From a virus (lineage: Duplodnaviria; Caudoviricetes): a stretch of 64,000 nt of DNA. Of this stretch, positions 8,673 to 19,025 are shown one piece after another (the first letter of the stretch is position 1; each line of letters begins with the position of its first letter). A program made the position numbers and the translations under genes. The notes beneath the pieces are model-generated. The model did not search any database. It was not told the origin of the DNA and saw only the letters and a list, made by a program, of their open reading frames with translations. Location: IMG/VR virus record IMGVR_UViG_3300032335_001269, positions 1 through 64,000 of that record, one strand, 5' to 3'.

Positions 8673-10369
8673 ATTTTGCCACCTTTCGGTTCTTGAAATT
8701 CAACTTGCGAAACATCTACTGTCGGTTCTACGGGGACTTCTCCACCAGCACCTTGCTCAATCGCTTGTCCAGCACCTTCTTCGCCTGCTGGTGGTAATGG
8801 ATTTCCCATTTCATCAACAGGTGCATTTGGATCTGGAAGTATACCTTTTTCAATTTCATCATCAATTTGTAAATCAATATCGATAATTTCAGAGTCCGTT
8901 TGGCGAAGAATTTTCTTACGCACATACTCTGTCGAATAGTATTTTCCGATATAAGGTTCTACCGTAGTTAAAAGTGTCAAACGATTTGTGAGAAGTTCTG
9001 CCTCTTTCAATTCAGAAAAATGATTATCATAAAGGAAGTCATATTGGATATGATCTTCCATCTTTTCCCAATCTTCTGGAGAAACTATGTTCTTCAAAAG
9101 AAGTTGAGTACGAAGCATATCGTTGAACATTTGAGCAAATCTTTTTCTCAAACGACCGACAAATTTGGAAAACTTTAATTCATCTCTTAAAATTTCAGAA
9201 GAACGACCCATATTAAATCCTTCCCCACCTCCAGCAATTCTGGTTTCGGGTACATTCAAAGATCTATAAAGTTTCTTTTGGAAATATTCAATATCAGACA
9301 ATTCTCCAAGATTTTGACCACCGGGAAGAGTAGTAATTTCAGTTCCTCTACCACCTTCACGACGAGGAAGCCAGAAATCTTCAAGCATACTCATGAACTT
9401 GCGATCATCGCGAACTTCCCCAGTATTCGCGTCATAAACCAATTTATTTCTATAACGAGACATAACCTCTTTGAGGTATTGCTCTGCCTTTACCTTTGGA
9501 AGATTACCAACATCGATGTAAAAAATACGACGCTCTGGTGCCCTCGACAATCTATAAATGACAAGAGAATCCTCAATCATTCGCAGTTGATTGAGTGCCT
9601 TAATTGCTTTATGGAGATATGAAAGAACAGTTCCTTTATTTCTATCAACTAAACCTGAAGTGCAATATGTGATAGAATCTTTGGCAATTTTAAGAGAACC
9701 TTTAGAAGCACCACTTAAATTGCCCATTGGGTAATTTGGAGTTGGAGAATAGATAAAGTATTCTTCCATTTCGGAATACATTGTATCTAAATTATTTGCC
9801 GAATTTCCATTATAAGTTAATCTATCTACAATATCTGCGCCATTTTTTCCTTTCGTCCTTTTTTCTTGGCGGACGTGTTTCATCTTCATCGGATCAATAT
9901 ACCTCAATTCCTGAATACCATTTTGAGGTTTCTTCATATCAATGACTTTTAGATAATATAATCTTCCGTCAACATACCAGTTTCTAAAAATTTCGTGCGA
10001 TTTTCTGTCAAAATCCATCATTTCTTTGATGGATTTAAACTCTTTTCTAATTATATCTTTTAATTTATCACTTGCACTTAAATTTGTTAATTCAATCTCA
10101 ACTGGAGAGTCATAAAGATCGCTTACGATTGCTTCATTTACAATATCTTCAATTGCACTATCACACTCTGGATGAAGTGCCATCTCCCTATAACGACGCA
10201 GTAAATCAAATTCAGTCCTATAAACACCTTCAATGTCTACATACTGACCATAAAATCCAGATTGAATATAATAATCAACCCCGTCCTCATCGGTTTGAGG
10301 TACGGGGGAAACTATTGATTTGGATTTTTTTTCATTATCCTCAATCGAAAAACCAAAAAGTTTCGCCAT
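8669..10369 (-). CDS. gp20: Portal protein gp20
   Basis: WYVDGR, NQLRMIEDSLVIYRLSRAPERRIFYIDVGN, EDFWLPRREGGRGTEITTLPGG. Confidence 0.99.
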   Translation of the reverse strand: MAKLFGFSIEDNEKKSKSIVSPVPQTDEDGVDYYIQSGFYGQYVDIEGVYRTEFDLLRRYREMALHPECDSAIEDIVNEAIVSDLYDSPVEIELTNLSASDKLKDIIRKEFKSIKEMMDFDRKSHEIFRNWYVDGRLYYLKVIDMKKPQNGIQELRYIDPMKMKHVRQEKRTKGKNGADIVDRLTYNGNSANNLDTMYSEMEEYFIYSPTPNYPMGNLSGASKGSLKIAKDSITYCTSGLVDRNKGTVLSYLHKAIKALNQLRMIEDSLVIYRLSRAPERRIFYIDVGNLPKVKAEQYLKEVMSRYRNKLVYDANTGEVRDDRKFMSMLEDFWLPRREGGRGTEITTLPGGQNLGELSDIEYFQKKLYRSLNVPETRIAGGGEGFNMGRSSEILRDELKFSKFVGRLRKRFAQMFNDMLRTQLLLKNIVSPEDWEKMEDHIQYDFLYDNHFSELKEAELLTNRLTLLTTVEPYIGKYYSTEYVRKKILRQTDSEIIDIDLQIDDEIEKGILPDPNAPVDEMGNPLPPAGEEGAGQAIEQGAGGEVPVEPTVDVSQVEFQEPKGGKI

Positions 10370-10400
10370 TTTATAAGTTAAACGTTATATGATACTCTAT

Positions 10401-10991
10401 TTAGTTAATATCTTCACCGCCTGCTGCAGGCGAAGATCCTTTAATTGCTTCCCACCAATGTACTTGCATTTCAACAGTAAACTCTTGAATTGCTTCAGTC
10501 TCATATGCCAAGTTAATTGCACTTACGCTGGTTGGGAATAAATCATAGAAGTGATAAGCTCTTAAGATGCTTCCATCACGATTAAGTTGATAGACAAATG
10601 CATCTGCTTGATAAAGAGCTGGATCTGTAGTTCCAGTTGCATCAGAAAGACGATTCATATAGTTGGTCCACTTTTCAAATGCAGAACGAATTGCAAAGTC
10701 AGTATCGTTAATAACGGTAATCGTCCAGCTTTCGAATGTGCGGTCTCCAGCAAGTCTTAAAGTTCTTCCTCTGAATGCTACTTCGACAGGAGTAACATTT
10801 GATGCGGGAAGATTTGCTGCTTTGACAAGAAATCTACTCTTGTCTAGGGTATTTGAGTCAATACCAAGTGCTGCTGGGAAAGCAAGCTCAACTTCAAAGA
10901 GGTTACTTCTGGTGCCACCACCCGACAGCTTACTCTTGAAGTCTGTAATTTTTCTTAATGGAATTGTGTTAAGTTGGGTTCTGGTTGCCAT
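10401..10991 (-). CDS. gp19: Tail tube protein gp19
   Basis: GGGTRSNLFEV, FRGRTLRLAGDRTFESWTITVIND. Confidence 0.96.
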   Translation of the reverse strand: MATRTQLNTIPLRKITDFKSKLSGGGTRSNLFEVELAFPAALGIDSNTLDKSRFLVKAANLPASNVTPVEVAFRGRTLRLAGDRTFESWTITVINDTDFAIRSAFEKWTNYMNRLSDATGTTDPALYQADAFVYQLNRDGSILRAYHFYDLFPTSVSAINLAYETEAIQEFTVEMQVHWWEAIKGSSPAAGGEDIN

Positions 10992-11010
10992 TTTCTGTTA
11001 AACCTCTAGA

Positions 11011-13188
11011 TTAAAAGTTTCCGATTACTTCTTCAAAATCAACACCAGTTTTGGTGGCAATAAAGTTGAGTCCAATGAAGTTGATGGACCTTGCTGGCTT
11101 AATGTAAATATCGGCAATGAATTCATTATTATCTATCACAGCAGCAGTGTTATTTGTCTCATCACAAATAACAACATAATCAAAGATTCCTCTCTTGGCT
11201 TGAACATCGCGCAAGAATGGTTCGATTGTATTTACAAAGTTTGTTCTGGTAATCTCATCATTGAATTCAAAGAGAGCATCCTTTGCTGCTTGAGAAATTG
11301 CATTCTCAAGATAAACAAACAGACGACGAACGTTAATTCTGTCAAACGCTGATGCTTTAGCCAGACCAGTCTTGTCGCCAAACAGGATAATACCAGCACC
11401 AGGTGAGAAGATTACTGGATTAACTCTATTTGAGTAGAGTTTATCTCTTTGGGTTTTTGTTGGGTTGTATGCAAGTTTAACTGCATTGAGAATTGCACCT
11501 CTAGAAGTTCCTGCAGGTGAATACCAAGCAAAGTTGTTGATATCATTGCGAGCACAAAGACCAGCAATATCTCCATTTAGAGGAACATATCTGAAGGTAT
11601 TTGCAAATCTATCGTACATATACTTGTATCCACTATCAAAGATTGCATACGAAGAAGAAGCAACGGGGGCATAAAACTCAATTAAATTATCAGTAATATC
11701 AGCAGCAGATCTTACTGTTACTGCAGTTTGTACTGAAGTATCGGAGAGTGCAGCACCTCTGTATGGTGAAATAAATGCAATTGCATCCTTTCTCAATTCT
11801 GCAACAGAAATCAGTTTATTGGCAAGTGCCTGTGCAGTTGAAATATCATATGCGGCAGATCCCATCAGAAGGAAATCTACTTTGAAGTTTTCTGTATTTT
11901 CGAATAAATCATATCCGTCAGACAACTCTCCAAGAGTCGCTGTCAGAGATCCTGCAGTATCAAGGTTTGCCACACCACTGTAGTCTTTACCACCAGTGAG
12001 AGTGTTTGTAGATGCTCCAGCAGCAGCAAAGGCAATTCCCTCTGCTTCCTGATCCCAAGCAACATCCGACTCTAAAGTAAATCCGCTACTATATCCTGTA
12101 GTAACAATTCCAGTAGGAGCTCCTAGACCGAAGATATACTGCGAATTATTTGCAACATACTTTCTCCAGTAAGATGGATTTCCTACAGAAAACTCTGCAT
12201 CAGATGCCTTCGACAAACTCAAATGCTTCTCAAGAATTGTACCAGCATTTCCTGTAATTGTACCAAAAGCATCAATTACTACTACGTGGACTTCATCAAA
12301 TCTTGAGTCTCTTGCTGCAGCATATGCAGAAGTTCCTGGTCTTGGAGCAATATTGTTCCAAGAAATAGACGAAGTACTTGTGAGACCTAAAGTTTGTTGG
12401 TCAAACCAATCTAGTCTGGAAGTATACGAAGTTGATCCTGTAGCAACAGTTTGTCCGCTAGTATGAATTGCAACACTTCCACTTGAAGAGAATGCATAAA
12501 CACCAGAAGGTTGATAATCAACTTGAGTTTCGGTGCCTGCTGCAGAAACGTGTGAAAGTACTTTAACGTATACGTTGGTTCCAGAAATCTCTGTAATAAT
12601 TCCCTTCAAATGCCCATCAAGAGTTGAAGTTGTACCAGCACCAGGATTAACTCTACCTGCAACTGATTGGGTAACACCATATCCAACTGCAATTGCAGTA
12701 ACGCCAGATGCTACTGATGTGTTAATACCAACTAAAATTTGGTCTGCTTTTGAATCAATAATACCAACTTTGAGTCCATTTGACCAAGATCCTGGATTTC
12801 TTGCTGCAACTACAACACCAGCAAGAGTATTTTCATCATATCCCAATGCATTATAATGGTCTAAACTATCAATTTTTACACTTGATGCAGTTCCAACAAA
12901 TCCATTTCTTAAATCATTATCATTTGCTCTTACAACTCGGAGTGCTCCACCATATGCCAAATATGAAGAAGCAGATAACCAATGCTCATAATGTTTATCT
13001 GTTGAGTATGGCTCTCCAAAATTGTTGAGTAAATCATTTTCATTTTCAACTAAAGTTGGCGAGTCTACAGGTCCCTTCGCAAAAGGCGCTACAATCGCGC
13101 CAATCTTATCCGACGAAGGAGTAGCTCTTCCAAGAGTTAAATCAACTTCTCTTACTACAATACCAGGAGATGCTAAATTAAGCGGCAT
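11011..13188 (-). CDS. gp18: Tail sheath protein gp18
   Basis: SPGIVVREVD, WYSPAG, FGDKT, FDRINVRRLF, IKPARSINFI. Confidence 0.98.
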   Translation of the reverse strand: MPLNLASPGIVVREVDLTLGRATPSSDKIGAIVAPFAKGPVDSPTLVENENDLLNNFGEPYSTDKHYEHWLSASSYLAYGGALRVVRANDNDLRNGFVGTASSVKIDSLDHYNALGYDENTLAGVVVAARNPGSWSNGLKVGIIDSKADQILVGINTSVASGVTAIAVGYGVTQSVAGRVNPGAGTTSTLDGHLKGIITEISGTNVYVKVLSHVSAAGTETQVDYQPSGVYAFSSSGSVAIHTSGQTVATGSTSYTSRLDWFDQQTLGLTSTSSISWNNIAPRPGTSAYAAARDSRFDEVHVVVIDAFGTITGNAGTILEKHLSLSKASDAEFSVGNPSYWRKYVANNSQYIFGLGAPTGIVTTGYSSGFTLESDVAWDQEAEGIAFAAAGASTNTLTGGKDYSGVANLDTAGSLTATLGELSDGYDLFENTENFKVDFLLMGSAAYDISTAQALANKLISVAELRKDAIAFISPYRGAALSDTSVQTAVTVRSAADITDNLIEFYAPVASSSYAIFDSGYKYMYDRFANTFRYVPLNGDIAGLCARNDINNFAWYSPAGTSRGAILNAVKLAYNPTKTQRDKLYSNRVNPVIFSPGAGIILFGDKTGLAKASAFDRINVRRLFVYLENAISQAAKDALFEFNDEITRTNFVNTIEPFLRDVQAKRGIFDYVVICDETNNTAAVIDNNEFIADIYIKPARSINFIGLNFIATKTGVDFEEVIGNF

Positions 13189-13248
13189 CTTTATTCTCCG
13201 TATTACCAGAATATTCTAAAAGTATTTATAATTTCCTGCTTCTTAAAG

Positions 13249-14946
13249 TCACCTATAATCCCACATATAAGATCTGTCTCCATATTCATCCACATTCCAG
13301 ACTTCCATAGATTCTAGAGGGGCATTATTTGCTCCCACCAACCACCTGTCTCCAGTTTCTTGTTCTACAAATACATCCATATCCTCTAATCCATCAGAAA
13401 TAAATCCAAAAGGAGACATATCTTGTTCTATTTGATTTTTTTGCTCTTCATATATTCTCTTACGGACATCATTATCCGTCATTTCTTTGAAATAATCTTG
13501 AGCAACCAACCAAGAAAAAATAACTAGGCACATTGCAAGGTCATCATTACAACCCTCTTCTGCCTCAAAGGAGTTGTGTTTTTGAGAAAATGTTGTAAGT
13601 TCGCTAATAATATCGTAATCTACGGTTAGAAGTTTATCATCTTCGAGTAGAGTCTTGAGGTTAGAGCATCCTAATTTTTTAACAGCAGCAGTCATTCTCA
13701 CACCAAGTTGTGATTTCTTTCCACTAAAACCAGAACCAACAATCTGACCTGCACGACCTCTCATTGCACACATCAAAACATTATCATATTCAAGATCGAA
13801 GTGTAAGATACTTGCAACTTGATCACCAATATCATTGACCTCAATCAGTAACCAAGCATCATTGTATCCTTTTGCTACTTCATGAATAATGCTAGGAAAC
13901 AGCATTGGTTTAATTTCATTGTTTTTATATTTTCCTACAATTTTATACGGGAAATTAGTAATATCAAAAACAACAAATGCCGAATAATCATTACCTAATC
14001 CACGAGCAACATCGACAGTAATTAAATAATTGTGTTCTTCTTTTGGATGCTCATAAATATCCAATCCAGCATTTCTCTTGATGGGGTCATCATATGCAAG
14101 ATTGCGAAGTTTTGTTGCGTTAATAAGAGTATTGACCGAACCTAAAAACTCACATTCAAACTCAACCTTAAACTGCTGCTCACTCGTGTTTGCAATCGTC
14201 TGTGCCTTCCACGCTTCGTCTCTACCAGGCACTTCGGACCAATGTACATCTGTAGGAACATATTCATTTTTGCCCCTTTCAGCGTCGTGCCACATACGAT
14301 AAAAGTGATTCATACCGCGAGGGGTAGAAACAATAATTACCTTTGTGCTTTGACCAGAAGAAATAGTAGGATAAACAGAAGCAAAGAAGTCATCGGCAAT
14401 GTGATTTGGAATAAACGCAAATTCGTCCAAAAAGATGACATTATATGACCCACCTCGAACAGCAGATGAAGAAGTAGAGTTTGATGAAATTTTTGATCCA
14501 TTTTCTAACTCTAGAGAACCTTTGTTCCAAGATATAATACCTTGTTGCATCCACTTGGGTAAATTCTCATAAGCAAGTTGCAATCTTCCGAGAAGGTCTC
14601 TGGCAGTGGATGCTTTGTTTGCTAGAATTGCTATATTCACATTATCGTTAAATACCGCATAATGCAATAAGTATGAGACGCAAGTCGTAGATTTACCCGT
14701 CTGTCGGGGCATCTTGCAGATATTAAATCTATTCTCGTGGAAGTTCTTTACAAGTTTCTCCTGAAACGGATACATCTTAAATGGAACAAGACCGTGGTCC
14801 AAAGAAACAATCTTAATATAATTCTTTGCAAAATATACAGGGTCTTCCTTACACTTCAAGAACTCAATAATTTGTTCTTCAGTGAATTGAATTTGAGTAT
14901 TCGCTTTTTTTAGGTTGGGATTACCAAGATAAATGTTATCACTCAT
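13249..14946 (-). CDS. gp17: Terminase large subunit gp17
   Basis: PRQTGKS, IFLDEFAF, STPRG, DVARG, NDDLAM. Confidence 0.98.
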   Translation of the reverse strand: MSDNIYLGNPNLKKANTQIQFTEEQIIEFLKCKEDPVYFAKNYIKIVSLDHGLVPFKMYPFQEKLVKNFHENRFNICKMPRQTGKSTTCVSYLLHYAVFNDNVNIAILANKASTARDLLGRLQLAYENLPKWMQQGIISWNKGSLELENGSKISSNSTSSSAVRGGSYNVIFLDEFAFIPNHIADDFFASVYPTISSGQSTKVIIVSTPRGMNHFYRMWHDAERGKNEYVPTDVHWSEVPGRDEAWKAQTIANTSEQQFKVEFECEFLGSVNTLINATKLRNLAYDDPIKRNAGLDIYEHPKEEHNYLITVDVARGLGNDYSAFVVFDITNFPYKIVGKYKNNEIKPMLFPSIIHEVAKGYNDAWLLIEVNDIGDQVASILHFDLEYDNVLMCAMRGRAGQIVGSGFSGKKSQLGVRMTAAVKKLGCSNLKTLLEDDKLLTVDYDIISELTTFSQKHNSFEAEEGCNDDLAMCLVIFSWLVAQDYFKEMTDNDVRKRIYEEQKNQIEQDMSPFGFISDGLEDMDVFVEQETGDRWLVGANNAPLESMEVWNVDEYGDRSYMWDYR

Positions 14947-14952
14947 AATAAG

Positions 14953-16749
14953 TTACCTACTAATTTCTTCCCAGTCCATAGACCCGTGAATATCTGCACC
15001 ATTAGAATTGGAAGAAGCAACGAGAGAAAGTTCATAAGGTGTTCCTGTTAATGCATCCCTTTCCAACTGAAACTTAAATAATGCCTCTTTAAGAATATCA
15101 ACTGGTGTTGAACCTTGATTAGACCCGTACAAATATCCAGATGCTAATATTCTTCCTCCAGTATAAGTTCCACCATCAATTTTGTATTCCACAGAACTAT
15201 CAATACCAGCATCGACCCAAGTTCCACCAACAGATGTTCCTGTTGCTCTTACTTGCCAGTTATAAACTGCATTGTTTGTAATGCCAAGAATTGAAAGTGC
15301 AGTCATAATTACAATTGCATCCAATCTATTTGGCGTTGCTTTAAGGCGAATTGATAAAACAGTATAATAAGTTCCTGCAGTTGTTAAATCAACTGGTGTT
15401 TGAACAGGTGTTCCTGCTGCTTGCTGCAATCCACGAAGTTCATATCCACCCTCTGAAATTACAGTAGAACAAACTTGTTTAAGTGTGCTTGCACTGGTTG
15501 TAATTCCAGTATTTGCAATCTCATATCTTAATGGTAGTGATGCTGTTGTGATATAAGTTGTGTTAATTCTATTTGCGTGATGAAATGAATGACAATGAAT
15601 AAACTTACCATCAACTACAAATCCCAATCTTACAGTTCCAAGTCCCAACCACTCAATATCCATCCAAAGAATTTGTGCCTTACTAATATCTAATGTAACA
15701 CCAGACGGATTTAAATGACCAGCACCAAGCATCGTATCAATATTCCAATTTGCTTGTGCTATCCTTGTTTCTGTTACAACTCCTGGAACATAAGTTCTTT
15801 CCACAAAATATAAATTACTTCCATCAAGTTCCAGATACATTCCATTGTCTGCACCAAAGTATCCTACTCTTTGACGAAGATTTGCTTTTGCTGGATTCAT
15901 TACAAAAGTAGTTAAAACTTCTAATGACTTTCCTGGTTGATAAGAAAATACTTTTGTTGTTTCTCTGATGACTGATGCGGTGCTTCCTACACCAACAGTC
16001 ATATTAATCAAACCTTGTACAGTTGAAAATCCAACTGTTGAACCAGTACCAACAACTAAACCACTCCAAAGATTATTATCTCTATATCTGTGCGAACTAT
16101 CAAAAAGTGTTAATGGACTTGAAGTTCTTTGTCTACCAAATGCGTCAGTTGCTATTGGTGGTAATTCAATATCAACAGTTCCTGTAACAGGAAATGGATT
16201 TGTGGTGCTGACTGGTGAATTGTTGAGGTTGATTGATACTTGTCCGGTGGTTCCAATACCTACTGTTCCCTGAACTGTGACTGTTGAACCAATACCTGAT
16301 ACTGCGACTGTTGTGACTGGATTGGTTATATAAAAACTTGTATTTGAGATTGATACTGTATTTCCAATTGATACAGTTCCACCAACAGTTACAGAAGTAA
16401 CGGGATTTAAAATATAGAATGAAGTGTTAGAGATTGATACTGTATTTCCAATTGATACAGTGTTCAGTAATGTAGAAATCCCAACTGGAAGATATGGAGT
16501 TGTTAATGTTCCACCTGTCCCAACTTCAACTATGTGATTATGAATTGGATTATCCGCAGAACTTGTAACGGTTACTATTCCCGGAATTGTAATATTACCA
16601 TTAATAGTAATATTAGAACTTCCAAGAGATACTGGAAATGGATTATCAATAGTAACTACTTCGCCATTTTTATTGGCAATCATATTGACTTCAAAAAGGG
16701 TCCTTTCTTGATTCAGAAAGTCCTGCTCATTTTTATTAAATTGTGCCAT
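14953..16749 (-). CDS. Probable virion protein with N-terminal 28-aa repeat
   Basis: Thr/Val/Gly-rich; duplicated TVSIGNTVSISNTSFYI; DAFGRQR and YQPGKS domain. Confidence 0.6.
   Translation of the reverse strand: MAQFNKNEQDFLNQERTLFEVNMIANKNGEVVTIDNPFPVSLGSSNITINGNITIPGIVTVTSSADNPIHNHIVEVGTGGTLTTPYLPVGISTLLNTVSIGNTVSISNTSFYILNPVTSVTVGGTVSIGNTVSISNTSFYITNPVTTVAVSGIGSTVTVQGTVGIGTTGQVSINLNNSPVSTTNPFPVTGTVDIELPPIATDAFGRQRTSSPLTLFDSSHRYRDNNLWSGLVVGTGSTVGFSTVQGLINMTVGVGSTASVIRETTKVFSYQPGKSLEVLTTFVMNPAKANLRQRVGYFGADNGMYLELDGSNLYFVERTYVPGVVTETRIAQANWNIDTMLGAGHLNPSGVTLDISKAQILWMDIEWLGLGTVRLGFVVDGKFIHCHSFHHANRINTTYITTASLPLRYEIANTGITTSASTLKQVCSTVISEGGYELRGLQQAAGTPVQTPVDLTTAGTYYTVLSIRLKATPNRLDAIVIMTALSILGITNNAVYNWQVRATGTSVGGTWVDAGIDSSVEYKIDGGTYTGGRILASGYLYGSNQGSTPVDILKEALFKFQLERDALTGTPYELSLVASSNSNGADIHGSMDWEEISR
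16348..16461. repeat. Intragenic direct repeat, 84-bp period
   Basis: GATTGATACTGTATTTCCAATTGATACAGT identical at 16348-16377 and 16432-16461. Confidence 0.9.
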
Positions 16750-16752
16750 AAA

Positions 16753-17061
16753 TCAATCACTCCAAGTCAATCTTTCTGGTCTGTATCGTTGTGCGTTTTT
16801 AATTCTTGAAGTATTTAACTGACTTGGATAAACGTTATGAACGATTGCTCCGGGATATTCTCCCTGAAGTTGTTCGGCAAGTTCATTTTTATCCAGCATT
16901 TTACCTTCAACTTCCATACGATAAAGTCTTCCTTGCCAAACTACATCAGCAAGAAAAGACTCTTTAGTAGTTTCTGGTTGCGATGCATTCATATAGAGAT
17001 TTCCGTTGAAATCTCCAGCAATATTGACGCTTTCTGAAATAAACTGTTGAAAAGATTTCAT
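16753..17061 (-). CDS. Protein with capsid-targeting-like N-terminus
   Basis: Begins MKSFQQFISE. Confidence 0.65.
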   Translation of the reverse strand: MKSFQQFISESVNIAGDFNGNLYMNASQPETTKESFLADVVWQGRLYRMEVEGKMLDKNELAEQLQGEYPGAIVHNVYPSQLNTSRIKNAQRYRPERLTWSD

Positions 17062-17062
17062 T

Positions 17063-18583
17063 TTAGTTACAGTTCCAACGACGAAGTGCTTTGTTAATTC
17101 TTGAATCTGGGTCTCTTGCAGTTTTTGCGGAAGTGAGTTTATCCTTCATCCCAGACATACGACTACAAAAATTTTTACGACGACCTGCCCTTTTACCTGT
17201 TGGATTTTTTTCAGTTACTGCAGTTTGGAGTTTTGAACCTGGATTCTCACGACGATAAGCATTCACTGCTTTTTGACTTAATCCATCAGTTTTATCTTTA
17301 CGATTGACTTTTTGCCAATCTTCAGATAATCCAAAATCTGATCTCCAGTTTGAATATTCTTCTGCCTTCATTTCACCACTATCAACATAATCTGCAGCAG
17401 CATCAAGATAATCTGCTGCTTTAGTAATTTTTGATTGAACCCACGCTTCAATGTTACCTTCACCTTTTACCTTCTTTTTGAGTCTCTTTGCTGCAGAAAT
17501 AATGGTGGAAATTTCAGATCTTGCCATTGAATGCTCGTGGTCATATGACTCTGGAAAATTGCCAGGATGCACTGTAGCAATATTATATTTTAATTGATTA
17601 GTTGTCAATGCTGATGGGGTGGAAAACATATCCCAATATTTTGGTCCATATTTACACTCATTACGAGTCTCATCTTTTTTGCATTTGGGGCAGTATCTTT
17701 TCATTTCCATTTCTTCATTTGCCTTTACACAATTATTATATGTCTTACCAAACATTTTTTTTGTTCCTTTCTTTTTATATCCTGGCCAACACTTTTGACC
17801 CTCTCCAATTATAGTTTCCTCTGATTTTGTTCCCCACTTATCAGCACCAACTTTGCGACATTTAACAAGTGCTCCAGATGCATATGCACTTGGCCAAACA
17901 TCATATCTTGACTTTACTTTATTATAGCAAGCATCTTTTTTTCCACTACCCTTACCTTTTACATCTGATTCTTCGTTCATTTTCTTTGGTTTGTCTGTTG
18001 AAACATAAGTTGGTTTTGCAGCACCAGATTTTGCTTGCTGACCTGGATCTGCTGCTTTTTTTCTTCTTGCTGCAGAGCGTCTTTCTGCAGGAGTCATTGA
18101 TGCTCTTTTTGTGGAAGAAACACATTTGGGAGTTCCTTCGCCCGCTTCGTCACTTGCACAAGTTCCACCAGTCACTACATTTACCCATCCGGGTTTTCCT
18201 TCTTTTGATTTCGAACCCTTAAACCATTGATGCAAAGACCCTTCAGTAACATCCTTAAATTTTTTATGATGCTTTTTGGCATCTGCTTCCATCTTTTTCA
18301 AACGAGTGTAATAGTCTGGAATTTCATCTAAATGTTGAAGGGCAATTTCTTTAGCAAGAGTATGATTTTTGGTATGCTCGTGCTCAATAGGTTCGCCCAT
18401 ATCCAATTGCTTTTGAATGAAAGAAACATCCATACGATGCTTCTTCGCAATTTGCTCAACAGTTTTAAATGGTTTCAATTGCTCTTTCAATTTCTTTTTA
18501 CGACCCTGACAATGAGCTCTTTGTGAAAATCCTTTTGGATTGTCGCAGTCAATAGATTTTTTATATTTGTCCGACCAACCCAT
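17063..18583 (-). CDS. Modular Lys/Cys-rich protein (probable internal head polyprotein)
   Basis: Series of small basic modules separated by x-x-E junctions; lies between gp16 and gp17. Confidence 0.6.
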   Translation of the reverse strand: MGWSDKYKKSIDCDNPKGFSQRAHCQGRKKKLKEQLKPFKTVEQIAKKHRMDVSFIQKQLDMGEPIEHEHTKNHTLAKEIALQHLDEIPDYYTRLKKMEADAKKHHKKFKDVTEGSLHQWFKGSKSKEGKPGWVNVVTGGTCASDEAGEGTPKCVSSTKRASMTPAERRSAARRKKAADPGQQAKSGAAKPTYVSTDKPKKMNEESDVKGKGSGKKDACYNKVKSRYDVWPSAYASGALVKCRKVGADKWGTKSEETIIGEGQKCWPGYKKKGTKKMFGKTYNNCVKANEEMEMKRYCPKCKKDETRNECKYGPKYWDMFSTPSALTTNQLKYNIATVHPGNFPESYDHEHSMARSEISTIISAAKRLKKKVKGEGNIEAWVQSKITKAADYLDAAADYVDSGEMKAEEYSNWRSDFGLSEDWQKVNRKDKTDGLSQKAVNAYRRENPGSKLQTAVTEKNPTGKRAGRRKNFCSRMSGMKDKLTSAKTARDPDSRINKALRRWNCN

Positions 18584-18596
18584 TAGGAGATTAAAA

Positions 18597-19019
18597 TTAC
18601 TCTTTATTATTTAGAAAACCTTGCTTGAGTAATTTTGACAATTCTGATGTTGATCCGACAAAAACCGCATTGTTCGTCACATTATTAGTTGTTTTTACAG
18701 ATTCATCTTCAACATCTTTAAGTTTTTTCTGTAAATCTATAAGTTTATCTGTCACATCTCCAACATTCTTAATTAACTGTCCAGCAACTTCATACGCTCT
18801 TGGACTTCCACCTTCACCAGCAAGTTCCATTATTCCATTAATTGCTTCTTGTCCCTTTTCAATTAAAGAATAAAGATTTGCTCTGGTATATTCATAATCT
18901 TTCTGAATATCATCTACCTTCAACGGAGATATTTTTAATTCTTCCTTTACTTTTTCTACTTCAACAATATTACTTTCAATGTTAAGAGCAGAATCTAAAC
19001 TGTCAAATGTATTACTCAT
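18597..19019 (-). CDS. gp16: Terminase small subunit gp16
   Basis: DYEYTRANLY, PRAYEVAGQLIK, VFVGSTSEL. Confidence 0.93.
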   Translation of the reverse strand: MSNTFDSLDSALNIESNIVEVEKVKEELKISPLKVDDIQKDYEYTRANLYSLIEKGQEAINGIMELAGEGGSPRAYEVAGQLIKNVGDVTDKLIDLQKKLKDVEDESVKTTNNVTNNAVFVGSTSELSKLLKQGFLNNKE

Positions 19020-19025
19020 ACTATG

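Noticed and set aside
16348-16461. Direct repeat as a diversity-generating retroelement TR/VR pair
   Set aside because: In-frame tandem duplication without adenine-specific differences; no reverse transcriptase in the window
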